NCBI GenBank assembly: GCA_965224085.1
Contig: CBDCYI010000005.1
Coordinates: 384,001 to 448,000 of the forward strand
Direction: 5' to 3'
From: Candidatus Marinacidobacterales bacterium
GTDB lineage: Bacteria > Acidobacteriota > Vicinamibacteria > Marinacidobacterales > SMYC01
Length of the DNA stretch: 64,000 nucleotides
Below are positions 30,827-40,994 of this stretch, piece after piece; within the stretch, counting starts at the first letter, position 1; every line of letters starts with the position of its first letter. The notes under the pieces were generated by a model, which did no database searches, was not told where the DNA came from, and was given only the letters and a program-made list of their open reading frames with translations. The position numbers were made by a program, and so were the translations under genes.

Positions 30827-30864
30827 ATGCCCAAAATGGGCATTATAATGCCCATAATGGGCAT
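30827..30864 (+). promoter_or_regulatory. Tandem palindromic operators flanking a TATAAT box
   Basis: atgcccaaaatgggcat (30827-30843) and atgcccataatgggcat (30848-30864); tataat at 30844-30849. Confidence 0.7.
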
Positions 30865-31516
30865 ACGAACACGCGGCCAACAGCCGCCACGCCCGCCGGC
30901 CACTCGAGAGGCTGAGCGCGGGCCCGTCGGCCTCGCGGACGCGCTTTTCACGAGCACGCAGCAACGCGTGCTCGGGCTGCTGTTCGGCCAGCCGGAGCGC
31001 AGCTTCTTCGCGACAGAGCTGATCGGGCTGACCGGCTCCGGGTCCGGCGCGGTGCAGAGAGAACTCAAGCGGCTTGCCGCAAGCGGCCTCGTGACGGTCA
31101 CGCGCGTCGGCAATCAGAAGCACTTTCAGGCCAACCACACATCTCCGGTATTCGACGAGCTTCAAAGCCTTGTCACCAAGACTGTCGGCCTCGCCGACCC
31201 AATACGCCATGCCCTTGAACCGCTGGCGGAGAAGATCGAGCTCGCACTGCTCTACGGCTCCGTTCCCAAGGGATCCGATACGGCTAACAGTGACATCGAT
31301 CTGTTGGTCGTTGCCGACGAGCTCGCGCTCGAGACGCTCTATGCGGCGCTCGCCCAGGTAGAAACGCTACTAGACCGCAAGATCAACCCAACGTTGTACA
31401 CTTCGAGGGAATTCAAGAGGCGCCGAAACGCGCGCCATCCGTTTCTGACCCAGGTTCTGAAGGGCAAACACACGGTTCTTCTCGGCGACGACCATGGCAC
31501 ATCCGCAACTCGATAG
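30848..31516 (+). CDS. HTH + minimal nucleotidyltransferase (MNT antitoxin-like)
   Basis: N-terminal wHTH; LYGSVPKG..SDIDLLVV motif; start uncertain (30827/30848/30857). Confidence 0.85.
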   Translation: MPIMGIRTRGQQPPRPPATREAERGPVGLADALFTSTQQRVLGLLFGQPERSFFATELIGLTGSGSGAVQRELKRLAASGLVTVTRVGNQKHFQANHTSPVFDELQSLVTKTVGLADPIRHALEPLAEKIELALLYGSVPKGSDTANSDIDLLVVADELALETLYAALAQVETLLDRKINPTLYTSREFKRRRNARHPFLTQVLKGKHTVLLGDDHGTSATR

Positions 31517-31922
31517 CCTCGTCCAAATCGGACAGCTCAAGGCCGAGCCCCCAGCCGAGAGCGAGAGCGCCGGACTGATACGGTCCGGCCTCGTGCGCCT
31601 GAACGACGCCGAGCGCGAAGACCTCAGCTTGGAAAGCCGTTTCGACCTCGCCTATAACGCCGCCCACGCGCTTGCCCTCGCAGCTCTGCGGAACTTGGGT
31701 TATCGGTCCGAGTCGCGGTACCTCGTTTTCCAGTGTCTCCCGCACACACTCGATCTGCCCAAAGAGCAATGGCGGGTACTCGACGAGGCGCATCGCAAAC
31801 GCAACCTGGCCGAGTACGAAGGCGATGTGGACTTAGACGAGCAGTTGGTGGCTGCCCTTGTGCGGGTTGCGCGCGAAGTCGCTAAGCGCCTTCAGACCAG
31901 TGGAGAGATTGGCACCGAATAG
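31494..31922 (+). CDS. HEPN-like protein (toxin partner)
   Basis: Helical protein with AYNAAHALA and RKRNLAEY; overlaps the MNT gene. Confidence 0.7.
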   Translation: MAHPQLDSLVQIGQLKAEPPAESESAGLIRSGLVRLNDAEREDLSLESRFDLAYNAAHALALAALRNLGYRSESRYLVFQCLPHTLDLPKEQWRVLDEAHRKRNLAEYEGDVDLDEQLVAALVRVAREVAKRLQTSGEIGTE

Positions 31923-31969
31923 CGTTAGGTTCGGGCTCCGCTGTCAAACTATTTTCGAGGAGGTCGCGC

Positions 31970-32461
31970 ATGACGGAAAAGAGCTTTCAAGAGCTCTACC
32001 CCGAGGAAACACAGCATTGCTATGGATGCGGCGTGCTCAACGAGCACGGGCACCGGATCAAGAGCTTCTGGGACGGAGACGTGTCGATCTGCCGTTTCGA
32101 TCCCGAGCCGCACCACAAAGCACTTCCCGGTTACGTCTATGGTGGGCTCATCGCATCGCTCATCGATTGTCACGGCACCGGGACGGCGGCGGCCGCGGCG
32201 CATCGAGCGGAAGGCCGCGACATGGGGACGGAGCCGCCGCTTCGATTCGTGACCGGCTCGCTGCACGTCGATTACTTGAAGCCCACGCCTCTCGGCGTCA
32301 CGCTCACGCTCCGAGGGAGCACGAAAGAAATCCGACGGCGCGTTGTCACCGTGGAGGTCACGCTGTCGGCGGAGGCGATCCAAACGGCGAAAGGTGAAGT
32401 CGTCGCCGTGCGCATGCCCGAGGAGTGGCTGCGCACTCTGATGGAGCCCAAGACGCGATGA
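31970..32461 (+). CDS. PaaI-family hotdog thioesterase
   Basis: HCYGCG, YGGLIASLIDCHG, VTGSLHVDYLKPTP. Confidence 0.88.
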   Translation: MTEKSFQELYPEETQHCYGCGVLNEHGHRIKSFWDGDVSICRFDPEPHHKALPGYVYGGLIASLIDCHGTGTAAAAAHRAEGRDMGTEPPLRFVTGSLHVDYLKPTPLGVTLTLRGSTKEIRRRVVTVEVTLSAEAIQTAKGEVVAVRMPEEWLRTLMEPKTR

Positions 32462-35061
32462 ACTCTCTGCTGGAGCTCCTTCCGGACATGGAGGCGCTCC
32501 GCGACCGCGAGGCCATCGTCCTCGCAAGCAGCTACCGCACACGAAAATGGAGCTATCGCGAGCTCTACCGCCACATCAAGGGGGTCGCCCGCGAGCTCGA
32601 CGCGCGCGGTCTCGCGCCAGGCGATCGCCTTCTCCTTTGGGGTGAGAACCGGCCGGAGTGGGTCGCGGTTTTCTGGGCGGCGCTCGCCCGCGGTGTCACG
32701 GTGGTCCCGCTCGATTCTCGCTCCTCGAAGACGTTCGTCACGCGCGTCCAGTGCGACGTCGGGGCGAAACTTCTCGTCCGCGGCGCCGAAGTCGACGCGG
32801 AAGCGATAGCGCCGTCGCAACTTTCCCTCGAGGAAGTCGGCGGGCTCGATTCGGAAGTGCCTTTGAAGCCGGTCGCTGCGAAAGCCGGCGACATCGTGCA
32901 AATCATCTATACCTCGGGAACGACGGGAGAGCCCCGAGGCGTGGTGCATCGCCACAAGAATCTCGTCGCGAATCTCGCGCCCATCCAAAATGAGATTCAG
33001 AAATATGCCGTCTATGCACGCCCGTTCCAGCCGATCCGCTTTCTCGACCTCTTGCCGTTGAGTCACGTATTCGGACAGTTCACCGGGCTCTACGTCCCCG
33101 CTGTGATGGGAGGCTCTGTCGCCTTCATGCAGGCGATCCACCCCTCGGCAATCATCGAGACGATCCGACGCGAGCGGATCTCGGTGCTCACCACGGTTCC
33201 GCGGTTCCTGTCCGGCTTGCGCGGCGAGCTCGAGCGCCGGTTCGATCTCGAGCCGGAGGAAGAAACGGGCGCCCAAGGCGTGCTCGGCGGGCTCGCGCGC
33301 TGGTGGCGCCACCGCGAGGTGCACGCCGCTTTTGGATGGAAGTTCTGGGCCATACTTTCCGGCGGCGCGCGGCTTGCGCCCGAAGACGAAGCGTTCTGGT
33401 GGCGGCTCGGATTCGTGCTCGTCCAAGGCTACGGGCTGACCGAGACCAGCTCGCTCGTCGCGACGAATCATCCCTTAAACCCGAAACGTGGAGCGATTGG
33501 CAAAGCGGTCGGAAGCCAGCAGATAGAGCTCGCCGAGGACGGAGAGATTCTCGTTCGCGGCGACAACGTCTCGCTCGAATATTTCGGCGCAGACGTGCCT
33601 TCCGAGCCTTCCGAGCCTTCCGAGCCTTCCGAGCCTTCCGAGCCTTCCGAGCCTTCCGAGCCTTCCGAGCCTTCCGAGCCTTCCGAGAAAGAGTGGCTCC
33701 ACACGGGGGACCTCGGCGAGATGGGCGATGACGGCACGCTCTACTACAAAGGACGTAAGAAGGACGTCATCGTCGGCGCGGACGGCATGAACGTTTACCC
33801 GGCTGACGTCGAAGCCGTTCTCGACGCGCAGCCGGAGATTAAAGAAGCCGTCGTTGTCGGCCAGCCGACCGACAAGGGCGACGTCGTTCATGCGGCGCTC
33901 CTCGGCCAACCCGGAGCCCAGGTTCTCGACGAACGTCACGCCGAGGCCGCGGTCCAGCGCGCCAATGCCGAGCTCGAAGCACACCAGCGGGTACGCGCAT
34001 GGACCGTCTGGCCCGAAGACGACTTCCCGCGCACGCCATCGACGTTTAAGATACGGCGCGGCGAAGTGCTCGCGCGTCTGAAAACGCCCGAGTCAGCCAC
34101 ACCAGCTGAACCATCTCGTCGCGTGCGGGCGCTTGTCGGGGAGCAGCTCGGACGATCCGGCGAGACGATGGGTGACGCCGACCAGCTGAGCGAAGAGCTT
34201 GGCCTGAGCTCGCTCGATCGCATAGAGCTTTTGACGCGCCTCGAAGAGCAAACAGGACGGGAGCTCTCCGAGGAGGAGATGGCCCGGGTCACGACGCTCG
34301 GAGAGCTCGAGCGCTTTGTCGAGAGAGCCGTTCCGGCACGTGCGCGCGAGCCCGGTTCCACACCACTTCGTGGCCTGGTGCGCTATGGGCGCATCGCACC
34401 GCTTCGCTTCGCTCGAGCGGCTTTTCGGGAACTCGTCATCCGACCTCTCTTTCGGCACTATCTTCCGCTCACGATCGAGGGGAAGCTCGAGAATCTGAGC
34501 GGCCCCGTTATCTTCGCCGCGAACCATCAAAGCAACCTCGACACGCTCGCCATTCTCACCGCGCTACCTTTTGCGTGGCGTGGGCGCGTCGCACCGGCCG
34601 TGCAACAAGAATATTTCGACACCTATCTGAAGAAAACGGGGAGCGCCTCGGAGAGGCTTTCCGCCGCGATCCAATATTGGCTCGCCATCGTGCTCGTCAA
34701 CGCCTTCCCCCTCGCGCGCACGAGCGCGGGAACGCGCGACGGGCTCCGCTTCGCCGGTGCCTTGGCCGATGGGGGCTACTCCATCTTGATCTATCCCGAA
34801 GGCCGGCTGACGCGGGACGGCTCCATCGAGCCCTTCAAAGCGGGCGTCGGGCTTTTAGCGGCGCGTCTTGAGATCCCCGTTATCCCAATCCACTTGAGCG
34901 GGCTCTACGACGTCCTGTCTTTCGACGACCGCTGGCCGAAGCGGGGACCCGTACGCATCCGTTTCGGCAGGCCGCTATCGTTTCGCGAGAGTCAGGACTA
35001 CCGAGAGGTGACGCAGACGATCGAGGGGGCGGTTACGACTCTGGCTCAACGACCGGATTAG
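32458..35061 (+). CDS. AMP-dependent acyl ligase + carrier domain + PlsC acyltransferase fusion
   Basis: IYTSGTTG, QGYGLTE, HTGDLG, GRKKD; LGLSSL (Ppant Ser); ANHQSNLD, IYPEGR. Confidence 0.9.
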   Translation: MNSLLELLPDMEALRDREAIVLASSYRTRKWSYRELYRHIKGVARELDARGLAPGDRLLLWGENRPEWVAVFWAALARGVTVVPLDSRSSKTFVTRVQCDVGAKLLVRGAEVDAEAIAPSQLSLEEVGGLDSEVPLKPVAAKAGDIVQIIYTSGTTGEPRGVVHRHKNLVANLAPIQNEIQKYAVYARPFQPIRFLDLLPLSHVFGQFTGLYVPAVMGGSVAFMQAIHPSAIIETIRRERISVLTTVPRFLSGLRGELERRFDLEPEEETGAQGVLGGLARWWRHREVHAAFGWKFWAILSGGARLAPEDEAFWWRLGFVLVQGYGLTETSSLVATNHPLNPKRGAIGKAVGSQQIELAEDGEILVRGDNVSLEYFGADVPSEPSEPSEPSEPSEPSEPSEPSEPSEPSEKEWLHTGDLGEMGDDGTLYYKGRKKDVIVGADGMNVYPADVEAVLDAQPEIKEAVVVGQPTDKGDVVHAALLGQPGAQVLDERHAEAAVQRANAELEAHQRVRAWTVWPEDDFPRTPSTFKIRRGEVLARLKTPESATPAEPSRRVRALVGEQLGRSGETMGDADQLSEELGLSSLDRIELLTRLEEQTGRELSEEEMARVTTLGELERFVERAVPARAREPGSTPLRGLVRYGRIAPLRFARAAFRELVIRPLFRHYLPLTIEGKLENLSGPVIFAANHQSNLDTLAILTALPFAWRGRVAPAVQQEYFDTYLKKTGSASERLSAAIQYWLAIVLVNAFPLARTSAGTRDGLRFAGALADGGYSILIYPEGRLTRDGSIEPFKAGVGLLAARLEIPVIPIHLSGLYDVLSFDDRWPKRGPVRIRFGRPLSFRESQDYREVTQTIEGAVTTLAQRPD
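33598..33687 (+). repeat. Perfect 9-bp tandem repeat, ~10 copies (PSE)n
   Basis: (ccttccgag)n in frame, just before WLHTGD. Confidence 0.95.
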
Positions 35062-35467
35062 TCGCCATCGACTCCAGGTGGAAATGCGTGAGCCGCCAGC
35101 GGTCGTGCTCGCGCACGAGGACGTAGGTTGTTCGACCCGTATCCCGATACATCTGACCTCGAACTTCGTAGAGGGACGTCCCGCGCTCGAGCACGATCGC
35201 AACGTCGCCGTGAAGCTTGATGGTCTCGATCTCGCCGTCGAGCGTTCGAAACTTCGCTTGCTGCACGAGAGATCGAAGATATTCGATGGAGTTTTCTTTG
35301 CCGACGAAGATGCGCGGATCGTCGAAGGCTAAAACGACGGCGTCGTCCGTGAAATGCTCGCGAAAGAGCCTGACGCTACCTTCCATGAGGTCGTGTCGAA
35401 GCGCATCGAGCAACTGCTGGATCTCCCGGCGTTCGCTTTCGAAATCCACACTCACTACATCCCCCAC
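35033..35467 (-). CDS. SnoaL/NTF2-like (DUF4440) protein
   Basis: FTDDAVV, HGDVAIV, RTTYVLVREHDRWRLTHFH. Confidence 0.8.
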   Translation of the reverse strand: MGDVVSVDFESERREIQQLLDALRHDLMEGSVRLFREHFTDDAVVLAFDDPRIFVGKENSIEYLRSLVQQAKFRTLDGEIETIKLHGDVAIVLERGTSLYEVRGQMYRDTGRTTYVLVREHDRWRLTHFHLESMATNPVVEPES

Positions 35468-35527
35468 ACCGAAGCGATGGTATTGCAGTCACGAAGCGGG
35501 TACAAACGATGAGCGGCGATGGTACGT

Positions 35528-36553
35528 TCACACGGGCGCTTCGGCGCCGGGCAGACGGCCGGCGAGCACGTCGGCGAAAGGTCGGGTCGTCTCGAACCGG
35601 TCGAGCACAATCCGCAGCACCGCGGTGATCGGCGCGGCGAGCAGCATGCCGACCACCCCCCAAAGCAAACCCCAAAATACGAGAGCGAGCAGGATCGAGA
35701 CCGGGTGGAGCTGCAGCCCTTCCCCCATGAGCTTCGGCTCGATGACGTTTCCGATCGTCAGCTGGACCGAGCCGGGAAGAGCCAGGATCAGGCCTATATG
35801 CACCCAGCTGTCGAACTGTACTACCGCAAGCGGCAGCGGGAGCAAGACCGCGATGAGCGAGCCGACATTGGGGATGAAGTTCAAAAAGAAAGCCAGAACG
35901 CCGAAGACAAAAGCAAGGTCGAGCCCGAGGATGCCGAGGAGGATGCCGACGAGAATACCAGTCGCTGCCGAGGTCGTGACTTTGGTTACGAGGTAGCGCC
36001 GGATCTTGTTGTCGATCTCACGATAGATACCGACGCGCACTTCACCCGGCGCCCTGCCGGCGAGCAGGAAAATCGTAAACACCAAAACGAGAAAGCCGTT
36101 CGTGATGAAGCTGACGACCCCCCCAGCCGTGGACCGGACAAAGCTGAATACGGGAAGATCTTTCAGAGCGTCGAGGATAGCGGCCTGGCCGAGGTCGATC
36201 TCGAACCGGTCGAGGATCGAGAAGATGCTCTCCGCCATGCTCGCGAGGCGCTCGCGATAAATAGGAGCGCTGTCGGCAATTCCGCGCGCCGAGACCGTGA
36301 TGAGCATGATGAGGAGTGTAATGAGTCCGAGCACGACGAGAAGCGCGAAAAGAATGGAAACGCCGCGCGGCATCTTCGCCCTCATCTGCATCCAATCCAC
36401 GATGGGACCGACGAGATAGGAGAACAGCAACGCGAGAACGAAAGGGACCATGACCGCGCGCGTATAGATGAGTGCTACCGCGAGAGCGACTCCGGCGACG
36501 GTTAATAATGATACTGTGCTGAGCCAGGTGAGCTCGTCCGATCTCTCCGTCAT
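35528..36553 (-). CDS. AI-2E family transporter
   Basis: AFFLNFIPNVGS, GNVIEPKLMGEGLQLHP, WGVVGMLLAAP. Confidence 0.92.
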   Translation of the reverse strand: MTERSDELTWLSTVSLLTVAGVALAVALIYTRAVMVPFVLALLFSYLVGPIVDWMQMRAKMPRGVSILFALLVVLGLITLLIMLITVSARGIADSAPIYRERLASMAESIFSILDRFEIDLGQAAILDALKDLPVFSFVRSTAGGVVSFITNGFLVLVFTIFLLAGRAPGEVRVGIYREIDNKIRRYLVTKVTTSAATGILVGILLGILGLDLAFVFGVLAFFLNFIPNVGSLIAVLLPLPLAVVQFDSWVHIGLILALPGSVQLTIGNVIEPKLMGEGLQLHPVSILLALVFWGLLWGVVGMLLAAPITAVLRIVLDRFETTRPFADVLAGRLPGAEAPV

Positions 36554-36642
36554 GGGGCAAGCCGACGATAGGACCTCTTCGGCCCGATGTCAATGACTGT
36601 GACCGAGTTAAGGGTCCTAAGCTCGGGCCTGCTGTAAGACTC

Positions 36643-36691
36643 ACCGCAGAAGCGCAGAGCACGCGGAGAAGAAACATCTCCTCTCTGCGGT
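36643..36691. repeat. REP-like intergenic palindrome
   Basis: accgcaga...tctgcggt arms with internal cgcagag/cgcggag repeats. Confidence 0.5.
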
Positions 36692-36710
36692 TCGAACGCT
36701 TTCAGGTTTT

Positions 36711-38466
36711 CTAGAACAGCCACTGGAACGTGATGCCCTTCCAGATCGCTTTACCGAACGCCTTGAAGCCGCGTCCGATCTTCTGGAACTGCACGTCTTT
36801 GACATCCTCGTTGGACATCATGCTCGGATAGTCGTGCGAGTTCCACTTCGGAAAATAGACCGTGCGCAGAAGCCGCTTCCCCAACTCGTGCGAGACCTGG
36901 CTCGAGATGCGCCCCATCACATATTCATCCTGTTCGAATTCCGGATCGAGCTCCGTGAGGATCCCGGCGATCGTCAGCTGCGCCTTGATGAACATCGTCG
37001 CGTCGAAGCGCAAGGAGTAGCCTTCCCGCGCGAGACGCGCGACGAGCTTGTCGAGAAGCGCGAAAATCCCCTCGCCGCTCTCCTCCTCTAAAAGCTCTTT
37101 AACCCGCGCTTTCATCGCGGCGATATCCTCCCGACCTTCGGGCGCCCACTCGATGAGAACCTCGACGTTGTTCGTGAGGCGCTTCGCATGTCGCAGAGTG
37201 AGACCGAGCATCAGCTGCACCATCTTTTACCGATCCCGACGATTGAACTCAGCTGCGAGGCCCCAATCGATAAGGGCAATGCGATACGGGTCCTCACCCC
37301 CTTGCTCGACGTGGAACACATTGCCTGCGTGCGGGTCTCCGTGAAAGAGCGCGCTCTCGTGGGGTGAGAACAAGACATCGTACATCAGGGCGTCGCTCAG
37401 CCGGCGGGCGAGCATGGCACGTTTCTCGGCCTCGCCGAGATAAGCGTCGGTGATCTTGACGCCACGAACGAGCTCCATGCACGTTACGTTCTCGCTCGAG
37501 AACGGGTAGAGCGCGGGCACTAGGATCTTCGGCTGGTCGGCGTAATAGGCGCGCGCCCGCGAGAGATTCTGCTGCTCATCCTCGACCCGCACTTCCCGCG
37601 ACAGCGCTTGACGTATCTCGACGAAGATCTCGACGAGCGGCGTCGCGCCGAGATCGTAGAACTCCGCGTTCTCCTCTAGATAGAGAAGGATATGATCGAT
37701 GATCGCCAGATCTTCGGTGAGCGCCGCTACCGCGTAGGGTTTCAAAACCTTGCACGCGGCGCGCTCCTTCTCTCCCGTATCGGGATCCTTGAAGGTTGCG
37801 GCGACGACGGCGCCGACGCTCGCCTCCGCCAGCAGCGTATCGTCGAGCTCGAGCTCGTAGCTGTCCCACACGTCCTCGCTCAGCTCGCTCCGGATCTGCG
37901 CAAAGACGGCATCATATTGCGCAGTCTCGAGCCCATTCTCCACCGTCTGCAGCGCCAAGCGGAAATCCTCGTCGATACCCTGGTTTCTCGCGAGGATTTG
38001 CGCGAGTTTCTGGAGACTCGGCGTATTAACGATGAACGCGAGAGCGCGCGCGCCCCGGTTCGCATTCCGCGGCAAGTTCGCTTGAGCGACAACACGTTCG
38101 ATGAGCCGCTCTTCGCTTAGCCGGTCGAGGAACAACAAAAGCGCGTCATGAACGAGTGGCGTCCAGTGCGCATAGTCTGTCGGCACGACGCCGAGAACGT
38201 TCGAGCCGTGCAGCAAGAGTCGCAACAGGTCGTGGCGGAAATCGGTCCAATCCGCAGATTCCAGCAGCTCGCGTGCCTCGGCGACCGTGAGCACGTGCCG
38301 GTCTCCGGCCTTCGCGCGCTCGAATAGCTCCATCGCCCGTGCGCGGAGGGCTTCGGGAACCCGCACCGCGAGTTGGAGCATAACTCTCTTCGTAGAGCAC
38401 CAACACTTCGATCGATCGACCCGCGCCAAAGCCCGCATCATCACGAGGTGGAGGCATGTTCTCCAC
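36711..38466 (-). pseudogene. ABC1/AarF/UbiB-family kinase with in-frame TAA at 37227-37229; 5' end uncertain
   Basis: LQKLAQIL, AEASVGAV, CKVLKP, FHGDPHAGN, LIDWG; RRDR*KMVQLM continues in frame into ORF 36711..37223. Confidence 0.8.
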
Positions 38467-38583
38467 CGTTTTCGGACAAGAGGCGTCTTTCGACTTCTCA
38501 CCACCGAGCGACTAGAATGCTTTCTGTCAACTCGTCGGCCAGGGGCGTGTGTAATCACGAAAGGCATGGAGGAGTCACGGATC

Positions 38584-39756
38584 ATGGAAACGAACAAAAC
38601 GCTTTCCCGTCGCGGTTTCGTAGGCAGCTTGGCTGCGGCTATCGGCTATCTCGGCCTCGGTCCGAAAAGCGCGCTCTGGGCGCAGACTGGGCGGCGGCGG
38701 CGCCCGCGTCCCACCGAGGCCGAGTACGACGCTTTCGCCAAGCTCTCGAGCAACGAGAATCCCTATGGACCGTCGGACGCGGTGATGGAGGCGATGAACC
38801 ACGCCTTCAAATACGCCAACCGATACGGCTATCCCGACGGCAACATCCTCCAGGCGATCGCAGAGCATCACGGTGTCGAGCGTGAGAACGTTCTGCTCGG
38901 CGCCGGCTCGGGCGAGATTCTGAAAGTCGTAGGCAGCACTTTCCTGCGGGTTCGCAAGAAGGTCGTCGGCGTCGAGCCTTCTTACGGCTCGGTGTACCGG
39001 CAGGCGAGCGGTATCAAGGCCGATGCCATCAAACTGCCGCTTCTCCCTGACTACCGCCAGGACATCCCCGCAATCATCGACGGCACGAGGAAAAACTACC
39101 GAGATGTCGGCTTCGTCTATATGTGCAACCCGAACAACCCGACGGGCGTCATCGTCACGAAGCAGGAGATCGACTCGCTTCTCGAATCCATCCCTGAGGA
39201 CATGCCGGTCCTGGTGGACGAGGCCTACCATCACTTCGTCGAAGACCCCGACTACGCGACCGCGGTTCCTCACGTCCTCGAAGGGCGCCAGGTCATCGTC
39301 GCGCGGACGTTCTCGAAGATCTCGGGCATGGCAGCCATCCGGCTCGGATACGCCATCGCACCTAAGAACCTCATTGCTCAGATGCGCGCGAATGGCACGG
39401 GGAGCATCAGCGCTATAGCGAAGTGGGGTGGCGCCACCGCCATCAAAGACACGGCGGAGCAAGAGCGGGTTCGGGCCATTACCCTCGAGCTGCGCAAGAA
39501 GACGACCACCGCGCTCGAAAAGCTCGGCTTCGACTGCATCCCGTCGGAGACCAACTTCTTCATGGTCCATCTCGGCAGGCAGGTACGGCCGGTCATCGAG
39601 GAGTTCAGGAAGCGCACCGTTCTCGTGGGGCGTCCCTTCCCACCGATGCTCGAGCATTTGAGGGTCTCGGTCGGTACCGCGGAAGAGATGGAGCGGTTCA
39701 TGGTCGCGTTCAAGGAAATCTTCCCGAACGGCAAGCCCGCTCCCACTGGGTCATAG
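38584..39756 (+). CDS. HisC-like class II aminotransferase with Tat signal
   Basis: LSRRGFVG, LSSNENPYGP, CNPNNPTG, VDEAY, RTFSKISGMAAIRLGY. Confidence 0.9.
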   Translation: METNKTLSRRGFVGSLAAAIGYLGLGPKSALWAQTGRRRRPRPTEAEYDAFAKLSSNENPYGPSDAVMEAMNHAFKYANRYGYPDGNILQAIAEHHGVERENVLLGAGSGEILKVVGSTFLRVRKKVVGVEPSYGSVYRQASGIKADAIKLPLLPDYRQDIPAIIDGTRKNYRDVGFVYMCNPNNPTGVIVTKQEIDSLLESIPEDMPVLVDEAYHHFVEDPDYATAVPHVLEGRQVIVARTFSKISGMAAIRLGYAIAPKNLIAQMRANGTGSISAIAKWGGATAIKDTAEQERVRAITLELRKKTTTALEKLGFDCIPSETNFFMVHLGRQVRPVIEEFRKRTVLVGRPFPPMLEHLRVSVGTAEEMERFMVAFKEIFPNGKPAPTGS

Positions 39757-39950
39757 CGCGAACGCTTTAATACCGCACAGGATGTAGGAAACTACCTACG
39801 CGTTTTGGAGCGAACGTAGGCGCAAAGCCCCTGCCCGCGTTCGCACCGACGTATCCAGTCGTTTCCTGAGTTACAGTTAGCGTCCCTCGCGTGGCTGCGC
39901 CCATGGCATCGTTATTCTATTTTTACTGAGGTTCAATTTAGAGAGCGCGA

Positions 39951-40917
39951 ATGGCCGAAAAAGTCTTGATCGTCGATGACGAGGTGGATTGCCTGGAGCT
40001 CACGCGCGCTCTGTTGCTGGATTGGGATTACAGCGTGATCGCCGCGTCGAGCGGTCCGGAGGCATTCGAGAAAGCCAAACGCGAGCTTCCCGATCTGATC
40101 CTCATGGATGTGCACCTGGGAGACATGAATGGAGCGGACGTCTGCGAGAAGCTCCATGAATATTTCGCCACGCGCTTTATCCCCATCATCATGTTGACGG
40201 TGGATGACCAGGTGGGCTGGAAGGTTGAAGGCCTCGCCAAGGGCGCGTATGACTACGTGTTGAAGACCATCGATCGCGAGGAGCTCAAGGCCCGGGTCGA
40301 GACGCTCATTCGGCGGACGTGGGATCAAGCAAATGTGAATCCTCTCACGAAGCTCCCGGGCAATCTCGTGATCGAAGACGTCGTGCGCGAGCGGTTTCAG
40401 AGAGGCGACACTTTCTCCGTGTGTTACTGCGACCTGGACAACTTCAAGGCCTTTAACGATCGCTACGGCTACACGGCCGGTGATCGCGTGCTCCTGCACA
40501 CGTCACGATTGATCGTGCAAACCGTGAACAAAATGGGCGGAGCTCAGGATTTCGTAGGACATCTCGGAGGCGACGTTTTCGTCTTCGTGACCACTCCGAA
40601 CAAAGAATCCGTGCTCAGCGATGCCATCCATGTTGAGCTTCGACGCGAGCATTGCCCAGTTCTACGACGAGGAAGACCGCCAGAACCAAGGCACTACACT
40701 CGACTCCCGTGATGGCGAAGCCCAGCACTACCCGCTCATAACGATCACCATCGCTGCGGTCAATAACGACAAGAAGAAGTTCGAGAGCCACCGCATCATC
40801 GGCGAGCGAGCAGCCGAGATCAAGCTCCACTTGAAGCGCTTCGAAGGCAGCAATTTCCTGTCCGATCGGAGGGGCGTGGAAAAGAGGCCAGACAACCAAG
40901 CTCCGATGGTCAGCTAG
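39951..40917 (+). pseudogene. Response regulator + GGDEF domain protein, +1 frameshift near 40629
   Basis: LIVDD/PDLILMD receiver; DLDNFKAFNDRYG, GHLGGDVF; deleting one C from gccatccatg gives DAIMLSFDASIAQFY, joining both ORFs. Confidence 0.82.
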
Positions 40918-40994
40918 TTTCGGACCAGCCCCGCGCACCCGTAATCGCGCAGATATAACAGCCGCCATGCCGACTGCGCTATGATCACGGCTCT

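Noticed and set aside
33598-33687. CRISPR array
   Set aside because: Contiguous 9-bp units with no spacers, in frame within a gene; no cas genes.
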